The notes beneath the pieces were generated by a model. That model had not been told where the DNA came from and searched no databases. It saw only the letters and a list, made by a program, of their open reading frames with translations. From Octopus sinensis (taxonomy: Eukaryota): DNA of 64,000 nt. The DNA is taken from NCBI RefSeq assembly GCF_006345805.1, contig NC_043010.1, forward strand, positions 47,244,001 to 47,308,000. The letters are read 5' to 3'. This document shows, one piece after another, positions 11,271 to 24,450 of this stretch (position 1 is its first letter; every line of letters begins with the position of its first letter). Position numbers and translations under genes: made by a program.

Positions 11271-12431
11271 TACTTTTATAATTTTACTTGTCTTAGTGAT
11301 TTGACAGCAGCCAAGCTGGAGCACCACCTTGAAGGGTTTTAGTTGAATGAATCAACCCCAGGACTTTTTTAAAGCCTATTACTTATTCTATCGATTTCTT
11401 TTGCTAAACCGCTAAGTTATAGGAGACATAAACACAGCAACACCAGTTGTCAAACAGTGATGGGGGGGGCACAGACATGACACACATATATATATAAACA
11501 CAATGGGCTTCTTTTAGTTTCCATCTACCAAATCTAACAAGACCTTGGTTGGCCCAAGGCTATAGAAGACACTTGCTCAAGGTACCATGCAGTGGGACTG
11601 AACCTGGAACCATGTGATTGGGAAGCAAGTTTCTTACCATACAGCCACGCCTGGCATTATAAACATATAACAAACAGTGAAAAATGGAAGTTTGATGATG
11701 ATGAGGAGGAGGATGTGCATATGTGTGTGTGTGTGTGTGTTTTGTGGACTGTGTGTATTCACATCAAGACAGTGAGCTGGCAAAATAGTTAGCATGTTGG
11801 AGGCAAATGCTTAATAGTATTTTTTCCAGTTATTTATGTTCTGAGTTCAAATACCACTGTGACTGAGTTTGCCTTTCCTCCTTTCAGTGTCTCTGTCCAT
11901 TCATTAACCAATTTACAGAGTGTACTGAATACACTGTATTGTATCACCAATACTAATGAGCTTTACCTTGAGCTCTGCCAAATAAAAGGGACTCACAACT
12001 CTATGTTGTTTCAGTCAGTTCTGAACAATGTAACCAACAGAAGAGAGGGTAGAAAAGAGGGTAATTGCAGAAGATGAACTAAAATGAGACAACAGGATGA
12101 AGAGGTGAAACAGGGATTGGAAAGTGCTGGAAGGATTAATGGAAGAGAGACAGTAAATCCAGAGTGTAATGAGACACTTATTGACGACTGTAATCGGACA
12201 TTAATAGTAGATATATGTTTGCTAGCTAGAGCTATGGTTAGTGATAGAATAGATATAGAAATGGTCATTGGCAAGAGAGTGTGATGGACATCAGTAATAT
12301 GTCACTTGGTGAGAGAGGAAGTGGCTTGAAGTAGAGAAGAGTAATAACAAGAGTGAAGAATGGTTCAGATGGCAAATGTAAGAGAATGATGGACTTAGAC
12401 TGTGACAATCTATCTAATGCATGCCAGCATA

Positions 12432-13470
12432 CGAGGGTTGGCTGAAAAGTTCATAGGTCGACCAAGATACTCTCATGGAATGTGATCAAATGAGGTTTAT
12501 TTTTTAAACATAGTCCCCTTTGTGGTTCACACACTTCTTCCATCAGTGTTGCAATACTTGGATCCCATTGGTGAAGAAACTTTTATCCTGGTGGTCAAAA
12601 AAAGTCACCAACAGCAGATATGACATCATTGCCATTGCAATACTGGTTCTCAGTCAAGTATTTTTTCATGTTAAGAAACAAAAGATAGTCAGATGAGGCC
12701 AAATCAAGAGAAAAAGAAGGGTGATCAACCAGTTCAAAGCACTGTCCTGATGAAAAACACCCTATTTCATCAGTTTTCCTGAGCATTGGCATATTACTCT
12801 CCACAGACAGTGTGGCTCTTTTGAAGATAGTCAATAAACACAATGCCTTTTGCATCCCAAAAAACTGAGGCCATCATGTTCCCTGCAGATGAAATGACCT
12901 TGATCTTCTTTGAAGTAGGTGAGGAGGGGTGTCTCCACAACACGGATTGTCTCTTTGTCTCTGACTCTAAGTGATGAACCCAACACTCATCTTGGGTTGG
13001 GAAACATTCAAGGAAACCACTTGTATTTGTCTCAAACAATGTCAGATTTTCTTGCGATGTGATCCACCTGGTGCGCTTTTGATCAGGTGTCAGAAGACAT
13101 GGTACCCACTGAGCAGAAATCTTTGTCATGTCAAGTTCATTGGGCAGAATATTCTCAACTCTCTCGTGGCATATGCTAATAACATTGGCTATTTGATTTA
13201 TAGTCAATCGCCTATCACCTATCACTATGTGGTGAATACGATCAATGTTTTCTTCAGTGGTGGTGGTTGCAGGACGTCCAGACTTTGGATTATCTTGAAG
13301 GGTTTCCCTTCTCCTAAATTCAGCTGTTCACTTTTGCACAGTTGATAAAGCTGGAGCATCATCCCCTAATGTAGCAACCATGTCAGCATGAATGTCCTTG
13401 GGGACCAAACCATTTTTCTACAGATACTTGATAACACCTTGTGCCAAATTTTGTCTATTTTCAAGAGAAG
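12432..13470 (-). mobile_element. Mariner (DD34D) transposon remnant, 3' TIR present, 5' end not identifiable
   Basis: Transposase pieces KIWH..MVATLGDDAPALSTVQKW / ISAQWVPCLLT / QDECWVHH / MASVFWDAKGIVFIDYLQK / HPSFSLDLASSDY. TIR-like cgagggttggctgaaaagttc follows TA at 12430-12431. Confidence 0.92.
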
Positions 13471-13784
13471 TTGCTACTAGTAACTTTGGAAGCCTACTGT
13501 GGTGAGATGTTGATCAAGGATAGTTGTTTGAATATTGAAAATGAAGAGCATTAAAAAGGAAACATCAAAACCTAAGCTGTAGCCAAAAGTCAAGTTAGGA
13601 AAATCCAATTAAGTATGTCTTAGTAATATGGTGCATCAAAATACATCAGCCCTGTTTAGAAAATCATTTATTTAAAAGACATTCTAACAGTACTTGGTGT
13701 AATTATTTGTTAGAAGCAAGTCAATGATGCTGATTGAAGCATAAAGAAAATTAAGAACTGAGAAGAAAAATCAAGAGAAAACAA

Positions 13785-13973
13785 TTGATGCCAGTTGCCA
13801 TCGAGACATCAGGTGTTCTAGGACCTCTTACAAATGATTTCCTCTGCAAAATCAAGATAACAGCAGCCTGTCAGAGAAATGAACCCTGTAAGGTGGAATG
13901 GCTGCTGCAACGAGTGTTGGTAACCATTTTCCATGGCAATGCCACTGCAGTCATTAGCACAGGGCATGGCTGA
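13785..13973 (+). mobile_element. 3' fragment of a CRE-like (restriction-endonuclease-type) non-LTR retrotransposon
   Basis: Peptide MPVAIETSGVLGP..FL..EWLLQRVLVTIFHGNATAVI matches the P.A.ET.G..G and QR.S.AIQRGNA C-terminal motifs of CRE-clade ORFs. Confidence 0.6.
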
Positions 13974-14168
13974 GCACACCATTTGTTCTGGGATATGTAG
14001 CCCATCACCCACTCCATATTTTGCTGTTTTACCATCCCTTTTTTCTTTTCTTTCTTTTAATTTCTTATTTCTCTTTTACCTTTTCTTTGAATTTAAATGC
14101 TATAAGTAAAATGCAAATCATGCAAAAAGAAAAATTGTACTTCACACCACACTCAATATTTCACTTAC

Positions 14169-14307
14169 CAGGCAAACATAGGGATAAGCTCTCGATTGCA
14201 GAGGCAATGTTCTTCTGTATTTTTCGGCAATGGATAAGTTCTTCTCCCCTTTCCAGTAGTGGGGCACAGGACTTTTGTAGGGCATCATTGGTAGTTTTGA
14301 TTTCATC
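14169..14307 (-). CDS. EXOC6: EXOC6 coding exon: DEIKTTNDALQKSCAPLLERGEELIHCRKIQKNIASAIESLSLCLP(V)
   Basis: Acceptor tttcttccaatccag|GAT, donor CCT G|gtaagt. 139 nt, phase 0 in and phase 1 out, fitting both neighbours. Not shown in this frame by the ORF track. Confidence 0.95.
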
Positions 14308-14929
14308 CTGGATTGGAAGAAAGAAAATAAAAGTTTGTTGTCATTAGGAATGGCAATGTTCACATTAAATGTGCGAGATATTTCTACGTGTTTAAAACCT
14401 CCTTTCACAAATCAATGGGTGAACATGAAAAGACATCTCCTATTAGAAACTCATCCAAATGTAAAGTTTGTATCATTTGATTGTCTGTCTGATGAATTTC
14501 TAATAGATGTCCTACATATGTTTATTCTACATGTATACCCTCTAACACTTATTGGGAAATGAAACATGTGTAATGGTGAATAAATACCAAACATTTTTTC
14601 CAATCTCTTGTTTTGATACATACATATGTACATGTGCATGCATGCATGTGTGTATGTGTTTGTGTGTCTGCCTGTCTGTGTGCATGCAAAATGCCTATTT
14701 CAGTTTCTGTCTGCCAAATCCACTCAGAAGACTTTCATCGATCTGGGATGATAGTAGAAGACAGTTCAGTTTCCCAAGATGCCATGCAGTGGGGGTGAAC
14801 TAATATTATTTAATGTCTCTTTTCATTAACGTATTATGGTGTGATTTGAGAGTGAGTTGGCTATTATATCTAGCAAGTTGATTGACCATGTAGAAGCTCC
14901 CTTGTTAGCTCATCAGTCTTCTATGCATT

Positions 14930-15240
14930 ATACTGTTGGGAAGAGTTGCATCCAATAATCAGTTTTACAACACTGCAGTGAGTCGAACTTCCACTGTTAC
15001 ACCTACTTATAGCTAAGACAACAATGTCATTTGGAGCTTAAATGTCTTTGCTATAGTGAGAGGAGATACGAGCAGTCTGCAAGCCATCAGTTGGTTACCA
15101 AACACTCTAGCAGCTCAGTCATCTACTGTCCTCATTAACATCACATACAGGGACTTTAATATATGAGCAAGAAATGCAAGTCAAGAGTGAAGTGGCATTG
15201 CAGCATTAGCACCTATATATCATACAAATTGATAACCAGT
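14930..15240 (-). mobile_element. Probable CR1/L2-type LINE remnant
   Basis: Weak minus-strand similarity (DD*AARVFGNQLMACRLL..) to the LDRVQRRA.RII region. Highly degraded. Confidence 0.35.
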
Positions 15241-15384
15241 TCGGTCAGATAAAGATCTTACCAGCTATTGACTAATAGTTTTAATAAAGCAGGTTTATAT
15301 TTTACGTGCTTTATACCAAAAATCAATATTTTATACGCACTCTGCACTGAATATTTATAGATCATTTTATCAATATTGTCTCAT

Positions 15385-15780
15385 CATCATCATCATCATC
15401 ATTTAACATCCATTTTCCATACTGGCATGGGTTGGACGGTTTTACTGGAACTGGTCAGCTGGAGAGAAGTTCCAGATTTCAATTTCTTGTTTTGGCATGG
15501 CTTTTATGACTGTCCTTCTTAATGCCAACCACTTGACAGAATCTACTTGGTGCTTTTTATGTGACACCAGCATGGGTGCTTTTTACATGACATCAGCACG
15601 GATGCATTTTACATGAGATTGGCATGGGTGCTTTTTATGTGGCACCAGCAGGGGTACATTTTGTGTAGTACTGGCATAGCTGCTGTTTACGTGACACTGG
15701 CACTTTTTATGTGGCACTAACACAAGAACTTTTTTTACATGGCACTGGCATGAGTGCATATTACATGGAACCAGCACAGG
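15385..15780 (-). mobile_element. RTE-type LINE 3' tail repeat (here 'family C') with (TGA)n tail
   Basis: Reverse complement of ..aagggcatccagctgtagaaac..aacccatgctagcatggaaagcggacgttaaatgatgatg. Further copies at about 10790-10930(-), 21836-22125(-), 28990-29255(+), 39568-39990(-), 43848-44212(-), 54605-54808(-) and 59082-59260(-). Confidence 0.85.
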
Positions 15781-16439
15781 TGTTTTTCACACACACACAC
15801 ACACAATCATCATCATCATTTAGCATCTACTTTTCCATACTTGGATGGGCCAGATGGAATTCACTGAGGCAGATTTTCTACAATCAGATGCACTTCCTGT
15901 TGCCAACCTTTTCCCAAGCAAGGCATAATTTCCCTATCAGATCAACAGCCCATGGCTATATAATCTGGCATATACTTAATATGGAAAAGTTGTGTCCACC
16001 TAGGCAAGATTCGAAACTGCAGCCACAATGCTCATTATGTATGATTGCCAGCTACTTCTTTCTGAAAACCTAAATGTTCAAGAGGATTTTAAAATTAAAA
16101 CTGTATGCTGGTGAGTAGCTAGCAATTTATGTAGATTATACTGCTACTGAGCCATTATGAAACTCCTCTGAAATCTGGCCTATCTACCTTGTACAACTTA
16201 AAGGGAATTTTACTATCATATCTCTTGTACTGTCCAACTCATGCCAGCATGGAGAACAGATGTTAAATGATGATGATGATATCATCACCCAACAGAGTTT
16301 GCTCTTTGTCTCTTCTATCACCATCATAACAATATTTGTTCTTTTGAATTACTTTCTGTGTACATGACCTCACTAAAACCCTTTTAGTGTATCTACACTT
16401 CCTTGCTTATTAGCTTTTCTGAGTCTCCACTCTCCTAGA

Positions 16440-16900
16440 CTCCATCTGAATATCTGAATTCTCTCCACAGAACTATGTACACATCTCTGAAATGCTTGAC
16501 CAGATCAATAGTAGGGAGACAGGGTAGTAATATATATAAAGCTTGGGAGCAGCTCACATGTCCAGCAGTGATTATAAGTAGATGTACAATTCACAACACA
16601 TCTGTTTGGGTCAAAAATCGTCATAATATGACCAGTGTTTTAACTGTTGGTCATCCTGTTTTTCTTCTGGGAAATGTTGCTCTAAAATCTAGACTTGAGA
16701 TATACAATTTCAATTTGTTGAGAGATTTGGCTTCTATACAGAATATGCTGAATAATTAAGTATATCTCTTGCTGGCCTATGTACCATAGCATTAGCATAA
16801 AGTGTTATGCTAACGCTATCCACATTATAAGATGACCCGCCAACTCTTGATTGTTTTAATATCTATGTTAATAGTGATGTCTAGCAGAACAGAGATAAAT
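16440..16900 (-). mobile_element. Probable CR1/L2-type LINE remnant (C-terminal RT-downstream region)
   Basis: Minus strand reads KLYISSLDFRATFPRRKTG*PTVKTLV, similar to LY.SLVRS.LEFG..V motifs. Degraded. Confidence 0.45.
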
Positions 16901-17377
16901 CAAGTAGCTTTTTCACTGACTAGATGTCCTTCTTAATTGCAACAAATTAGTCATCATCATTATATTTTTGAATGATGATAAAGAACCATAAATAATAAAG
17001 TAATAGCCAGAAGATAATTGCTGATCTAATTAGCCTGCCTTCAGGAAATGCTTCAGATAATACAAACTTGAAATATTAAGAAAATATAATGAAGAAATAT
17101 GTAACTTTTCTACATAGAAGCACAGGAGCTGAATGAATAACTAAGGTGTTAGCTTATTGACTGAAAGGTCAATGGTTTACATCCCCTCTCTTACAATGGT
17201 ATATGTGTGCTGTGGAAAAAATATTCAACTTTCTGAAGTTCAGTTCACTGAGATATAAAGTACCATAGTAATAGTACAGTTTACTTTTGCTATGGTACTT
17301 TATCAGTGTTACCTTGTGGGTCTGAGATATCAAACAAAACCACTGTAGTGCATGCTTTCCTTGAATACCTTTCTACA

Positions 17378-17789
17378 TACTCTTTTTACTCTTTGATCTT
17401 TTAATTGTTTCAGTCATTTGACTGTGTCCAGGCTGGAGCACCACCTTTAGTCGAGCAAATCGACCCCAGGACTTATTCTTTGTAAGCCTAGTACTTATTC
17501 TGTCAGTCTCTTTTGCCGAACTGCTAAATTACAAGGACATAAACACACCAGCATCGGTTGTCAAGCTATGTTGGAGGGACAAACACAGACACAGATACAC
17601 ATATATATATACATATACATATATACGATGGGCTTCTTTCAGCTTCCGTCTACCAAATCCACTCACAAGGCTTTGATCAGCCCAAGGCTATAGTAGAAAA
17701 CACTTGCCCAAGGTGCCACGCAGTGGGACTGAACCCGGAACCATGTGGCTCGTAAGCAAACTACTTACCACACAGCTACTCCTACACCT
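17378..17789 (-). mobile_element. Family B SINE, near full length
   Basis: Head, CORE-like block, internal microsatellite and tail all present. Confidence 0.9.
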
Positions 17790-18189
17790 ACAGAAGCCTA
17801 CATAGAGACAAAGCTTTAAGTAGCAGTCTACTCATTTAACCCTTTAGCATTTAAACCAACCATATCTAACCAAAATATTGTTTTATGCTCAAACTGATCA
17901 GATCTAGTCTCACACACCAACACTACAATATTAATCTAAAAATTAACAGTTACCTCAGCAGAATCTCAAATCTACAATTCAAAACAATGTGAATAAATAA
18001 GCATTACTTTAGAGAGACAAGTGTAAATGCTATGGAGTTAAAGGGGCATTACGTGAAATTTTGTGTCATGCAGTGGTACATACTTCAGTTGAAAGGGTAC
18101 ACGGAATATATGCAGTGAACTAGTGATTGATCTGTTGGAAACCTGCAACCAATGATGGTGTTGTTCGCAAAATATGATATAAATATATA

Positions 18190-18531
18190 GGAACCACATG
18201 GTTCCGGGTTCGGTCCCACTGCGTGGCACTTGGGCAAGTGTCTTCTACTATAGCCTCGAGCCGACCAAAGCCTTGTGAGTGAATATGGTAGACGGAAACT
18301 GAAAAAAGCCCATCGTATATATGTATATATGTTTATATGTCTGTGTTTGTCCTTCCAACATCGCTTGACAACCGATGCTGGTGTGTTTATGTCCCCGTAA
18401 CTTAGCGGTTCGGCAAAAGAGACCGATAGAATAAGTACTAGTCTTATAAAGAATAAGTCTTGGGGTCGATTTGCTCGACCCCAGCATGGCCACAGTCACA
18501 TGGCTGAAACAAGTAAAAGAGTGAAAAGAGT
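18190..18531 (+). mobile_element. Family B SINE, 5'-truncated
   Basis: Starts at ggaaccacatggttccgggttcggtccc and ends aagtaaaagagtgaaaagagta. Confidence 0.9.
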
Positions 18532-19444
18532 ATAAAAAATACTTAGAATAATGCTTAAAGCGATAAAAAAAAGATTAACAGGAGAGTTAGATATGTCAAT
18601 GGGCAAATTATATAAAAATTGGTTGGAATGGAGAAAAGAAATAGTAAAATGGTTTTTGTTAAGAATTACAAGCTTTACATTAACTGAATAAGACAGAAAA
18701 GGCACTGTATAAAAGTGGATTGTTTATTGATGGAAGTCAGTTGAATGCAAAAGTAAAAAGCAAGCAAGGCAAACAGCAAGAGTGTGTTGCCAGCTAACAC
18801 AAAAGATATTAAACGAACAAGGTGAAATCAAAGGCATTAAGGAAATTAGCTTGATGAAATGTAGCAAGTCAACTATAACATTTGAAAATGTTATGGAGCA
18901 TAGCTAAGTTTTAGATCATTAAACAAATTCCTTCACTGACAAATCATAATTAAATATAAACAGCATTGGCTGCCAGTCAGATTGGAGGGTCAGTGCATAT
19001 ATTTTTATTTGTTAAGAGGTTAGGCTGATGATATAACTCGTTGCAGTATCTAGTTAACAGAAATACAATGGAGTGATTAAAAAAAAAAAAAAAAAGTGGA
19101 ACAACCCTGAGAGAGAGAGAGAACAGGAGGAAGAATTAGCAGGTAAGTATGTAGGCAGACAGGTAGATAGATATACAGAAACAGATGAATAGATGGAATT
19201 AAATAAATACAGCCAGTGTTCGTGAGAGAGAGAGAGAGTGAAAGATAGAGAAAACATGAAGGAATAACAAAAGTGAAGGAAATATTTGTTTTTTTTTTTT
19301 TAATGTACCTATATAGTCATTTTTATTTAACTCCTCTTACTTCTCTCTGATATTATTGAATTTATGAGAACATAGGAAGTAGAATACAGCGGAGTGTTGC
19401 TTTTGGAATTGATAGTGCTTAGAGGAAAATAATATTACTGCAAG

Positions 19445-19660
19445 AAGGCAGTGAGCCGGCAGAATTGCTACCACGCTGGGCAAAATGTCTAGCAGCATTT
19501 CGTCCATCCTTGCATTCTGAGTTCAAATTCTACCAATGTTGACTTTGCCTTTCATCCTTACGAGGTCAATAAAATAAGTACCAATTAAGCACTGAGGTTG
19601 ATGTAACTAACTTACCCCATCTCCCAAAATTGCTGGCCTTATGCCAAAATTTGAAACCAA
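19445..19660 (+). mobile_element. Family A SINE
   Basis: aaggcagtgagccggcagaattg..ttctgagttcaaattc..ccaaaatttgaaacc. Other family A copies at about 11770-11890(+), 22385-22545(-), 22750-22965(-), 26770-26975(-), 42598-42802(-), 44740-44940(-), 58985-59340(-, interrupted), 61075-61250(+) and 61375-61530(+). Confidence 0.85.
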
Positions 19661-19939
19661 TATTAATGCAAAAAGAGCAATTTCAATATTGTTAACATGG
19701 GAATATTTAATCCAGTCATTTGCAATATTGTTTGTGAAGTCTGACAAGAGCTCCAGGACTTGTAAGACCAGAACTTAAAATGGTTTCTACGGAGTATAAG
19801 AGACTGAGACACAATACTCCCCACACCCTTTGAAAAGGGCACAAGTCCTTTGCCAGGTTAGCTTTCTAGTTATTGCTGGAACTCATTTAGAGCTGAGTGG
19901 ACTGCAGCAATATGAAATAAAGTGTTTTGCTCAAGAACC

Positions 19940-20660
19940 CACTATGCAAACCCTATAAAACAAAGAAACATGTACAGAACTTCATGCACCGCATGCAATT
20001 CTCTGGATGTAACCAGAAACATAGGGTTCGGGTATACAGGGGAGCTAAAAAGAAGATAGATAGCATTATATGTAATGAAACCGGTGGTACCTGCCCTAGA
20101 TAAAGAAGTAAAAACTGGAATAGGATACAAAGAGTTTGTGACAAAGCAAACAGGGTGAACATGTGGTACAATACTGAAAAATATCATGGAGAACTAACCC
20201 AGAGATTTAGGAAAGCTCTGAAGGAGGCCAAACACAACATTAAAATCGTTGTGGTATTCTCAAAGGGGTATGTCCTACATAGTTGTGATCTGATGGAGCT
20301 TTGAGAATACCACATGCACCAATGATAACAGCATGGTATGTTAGATTTACCCTGGCATTAACTGTAGAACTAGAAATGTAGTCTACAGCATAAGGTACAT
20401 AGAAGGTGCTTGTAAAAACAAGAACATGATATACATAGGTGAGACATCAAGAAGCATTGTGGAGAGACTAAATAAACATTTGAGACAATATGATGACAGA
20501 AAATAGTCCTCCATACTCTACTAACATACTAAAGACCAACATGGAGGCATACTGGGTCAACTTGACATCCACATTTTATCCAAGCACCCAAAGGACCCAA
20601 CACTCAGACAAGTACAGGAGTACATTCTCATAAATGAAACATCCCCAGTACTAAATAGGA
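19940..20660 (+). mobile_element. Penelope-like element 3' fragment: RT thumb and GIY-YIG endonuclease
   Basis: Translation gives FMHRMQFSG..WYN.. followed by GINCRTRNVVYSI..MIYIGETSRSIVERLNKH..HGG..ILSKHPKDPTLRQVQEYILINETSPVLNRK, the GIY-YIG architecture. Internal stops are present. Confidence 0.88.
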
Positions 20661-21040
20661 AATATACGGAGAAGGTAGTCATACCCAAATACCCTCAGTT
20701 TATATATACACAGGTAGAGTTGTAAGTAGGCAATTATGTAGATGTGTGTGTATATATATATATATGTGTGTGTATGTAAATAGATAAATAGATAGAGGTA
20801 CATAGATAATACAGACAGATAAGCACAGACACACGCATACATACACAAATGAAGGCTGAAACACATGACCATATACACACTTGCACACTTCATCCACACA
20901 CACACACACACGGACACATGGAGACACACATCCATACATAACAGATGCATGGTCACACAAACCCATAGACATAATCACACTCAAACACAAGGATATAGAG
21001 GTACATGCACAAATACATACAAACGTACACACATGTATAC

Positions 21041-21076
<36 letters not shown>

Positions 21077-23653
21077 TACAAACATACATACATATATACA
21101 TGTTGTGCTTGATGTTTCTGACTTTATGGCATACAGGAAGTAAAATTACATTACTGAACATTGTAAGGGTAGTTAAAAAATGAAAAACAGTTAACCTTTA
21201 GAAAAAAAAAGAAAGTATAGAAAACTATCACTTGTCTCATTTTTAATGATCGTATTTGCGTATAACAAAATTGTAACACATTTTTCAAGAATATTCAAGT
21301 ATTAGTATGAGCTTTCTAAAACATTAAATTAGATTTATAAAACCCCATGGTGCACCTGCATAATTCTTTGTGGTACATCAGTGTACCTTGGTGCAAGATA
21401 TATATATATAATTATAAACATAATTATAATTAGGGGTCAGCTAATTGCTTGCTTTAATTATTAATTAATTTATTTTACCTTTTTATTATATATATATATA
21501 TATCTTTTATCATTTACTTGTTTCAGTTATTAGACTGCAGCCATGCTGGGGCATCAGCCTGGAGAATTTTTAGTAGAATGAGTTGATCCTCAGTACTTTT
21601 TTTTAAAAGCCTGGTACTTATTATATCAGGCTCTTTTACTGAGCTGCTAGGTTATAGAGATGTAAAAACAACAACACTAGTTATCAAGCAGTGGTGAGAA
21701 ACATCCTCAGACACATACACACATATGTATACGATGGGTTTCTTTCAATTTTCATGTACCAAATCCACTCATAAGACCCAGAACCATATGGCTGGGAAGC
21801 AAACTTCTTACAGCCACGCTTATATATGTATATATCATCATCATCATCATCATCATTTAACGTCCGCTTTCCATGCTAGCATGGGTTGGACGGTTCAACT
21901 GGGGTCTGGGAAGCCAGAAGGTTGCACCAGGCCCAGTCTGATCTGGCAGTGTTTCTACAGCTGGATGCCCTTCCTAACGCCAACCACTCTGTGAGTGTAG
22001 TGGGTGCTTTTTAGGTGCCAGACGAGGCTGGCAAACGGCCACGATTGGATGGTGCTTTTTACGTACCACCGGCACGGAAACCAGACGAAGCTGGCAACGG
22101 CCACGAATCGGATGATGCTTTTTATGTGATATATATATATACACATGCATATATATGTATATCAGTGACTTGACACAGAAGAATATATCTTGCTGTCACA
22201 TTTCTTTTTTAATTTCTTTCCTCTGTACATCTATTTCTAATTATCAAATTTTCTGAAGAGCCTGAAATGTCAAAGACACTTTCACATTCTTAGTCATTCA
22301 TTCGTTCATTTATTAACATACAACAGTCACCACTGCAACCACTACCAATGCTCTAACAATTCTGTCAGTCCGCAACCAAAATAAATTCTTAATTTAGCCA
22401 CAAGGCCAACAGTTTGGAAGGGAGGGGATGGGCTAGTCAGTTTCATTGACTCAAGTACTTAATTAATATTTTATTTAATTAACCGCAAAAGAACAAAAGG
22501 CAAAGTTGACTTTGGTAAGGTTTGAACTCTGAATGTAAAGAATCAGGAAAAAGTATCACAAGGCATTTTTTTTCTGACATTTTAATGACCCTGCACACAT
22601 ACTACGTAAAGTTACTGTCTGTCTGAGGTCCTTGTTTTGACTTGACAGACAGTACAAACCACCTCTGGTAGACACAATATCTTCAATCAACAAGATCATG
22701 GTATTGGAAACTGTGATGTCTTAAATGATAATGATAATAATAATAATCCTTTTAACTGGAGGCACAAGGCCTCAAATTTGTGGGGAGGGGACTAGTAGAT
22801 TACATTGATCCCCCAGTGTTACACTGGTACTTAATTTATCAACCTCTAAAAGGATCAAAGGCGAAGTTGACCTCAGCGGAATTTGAACTCAGCACGGAGA
22901 CATAGGCGAAATACTGTTAAGCATTTAGCCTGGTGTGCTAACAATTCTGCCAGCTCACCACCTAATAATGAGAATAATAGTATCAAATTTTGACACAAGG
23001 CTAGCAATTTCAGGGGAAGAATAACAATGAAGGACAAATTTAATGAGCATGTTTAGAAGATAAAACTGGAATATGAGAGATTCAAAAAGAGCTTTGCTAG
23101 AGATATAGTAGATGATGACGAAAATGAGAGGGAGAGTAAGAGCAAGTGTCCACCTCTCCCTGAAAAAGAAAAAAAAAACAATGGTTCACCAAACGAGTAA
23201 CTTAATTAGGTGAATCTGAAATGCTAAATTATTATTAATCTCCACCCCTTATTAGCCAGATATTTCATATTTCTTTCACTTCCTAACACATTTTAAAAAT
23301 CAGATACAATGTCAAGTTTCTTTACAGGTTGGTTGGTTCTGAAAATTGAGAACAATTGTGTATATAAATTGTTGGAGTTTACGTTTTAAATTTCACACCC
23401 TTCTATCAACTCTGAAGTGGAAACTAATTATTTGCAATTATTTACACTGATGTAATTAATTAGTGTGTCGTGGCTTTTCTAAACATTCAGCAACAAATAA
23501 CTGAGGAAATACAATAGCCGAGTGGATAAGATGCAACTCTTGCAGCTGAAGATGAGTTTATATTCTATCACTGGAACTGTAATGCATCAAGGGTTAAGCT
23601 TTATATTGTTCCTATCCTATGAATGGTAATTTGGACCTAAACAGTGATAGAAT

Positions 23654-23877
23654 TACATGTCATGGTGTTGTGTCTGGAGAGAGTCATTTTCTTTTTGTGC
23701 CTTATAATTTAACACACTCACTGGTAAAATTTCCACTTATTTCTTATTTTTATTTTCCTAAAATTTTCATTGCATCTTGCAACCTTTTCAATATTCAACA
23801 GAATATGCTGCAACACACAAACTCATATAAAGAATCTTGCAAACTAAATCCAAAAACGAAATACATGTAATGGTGTT
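23654..23877. mobile_element. Rearranged repeat copy flanked by 16-bp direct repeats
   Basis: tacatgt(c/a)atggtgtt at 23654-23669 and 23862-23877. The interior is two adjacent parts of the 10960-11160 repeat in opposite orientations. Confidence 0.65.
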
Positions 23878-24039
23878 CATAATACAAAGATATACAGCAT
23901 ATATCTCTCCTATTTACTAAATTCTCAGATTTATTTAAACCTTCAATTTCTAAACTAATGAACACTAACTAACTTTTACCAGGTTCTTGCCAATCAAAAT
24001 TAACTTGCTTATTCATTATGGTCATGAATGTTGGGTAAT

Positions 24040-24450
24040 GACTAAAAGAATATGATTGCAAATACAAGCAGCCAAAATGGGGTTCCTCCAAAGGAACTCT
24101 GGAGTAATGTTACTCAGTGGGATGTGTATCTCAAAGAACAGGGAGTTTCTCCAGGTCAAGCTACTACTTCTCTGCATTGAGAGATCATGGCTCTTACTAT
24201 GGACATGTGATTAGAATTGCAAGATGAATTCTTCAAACCAAGCTACCTAGGAGTAAACCAAGAATAAGATGCTTGGATAATATCAATAGCCTCAGTTGGT
24301 TACATTTAGGAATCCAGCTGGATAGACTAATGACAGTTGCTGCTGATAGGATCATATGGAGGAGATGCCTGAAGACTACTCTCATGAGCCATCAAAAGAA
24401 AAAGACAGGAATAGTTAGCAGAGAAGATGAGTGGATATATGGATATTTAT
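24040..24450 (+). mobile_element. RTE-clade LINE 3' fragment
   Basis: LRIER..YYGHVIR..DNINSLSWLHLGIQ..VAADRIIWRRCL, typical RTE ORF C-terminus. A related copy lies at 32510-32825. Confidence 0.75.

Noticed and set aside
11990-12420. ORFs 12011-12274 and 12084-12284
   Set aside because: Probably the decayed 3' end of a CR1/L2-type LINE. Too degraded to classify and not a host gene.
15540-15780. Regularly spaced ~25-50-bp repeats resembling a CRISPR array (also at 31430-31590 and 39690-39960)
   Set aside because: They are tandem modules of the RTE-type 3' UTR. The 'spacers' are homologous, the context is eukaryotic, and there are no cas genes.
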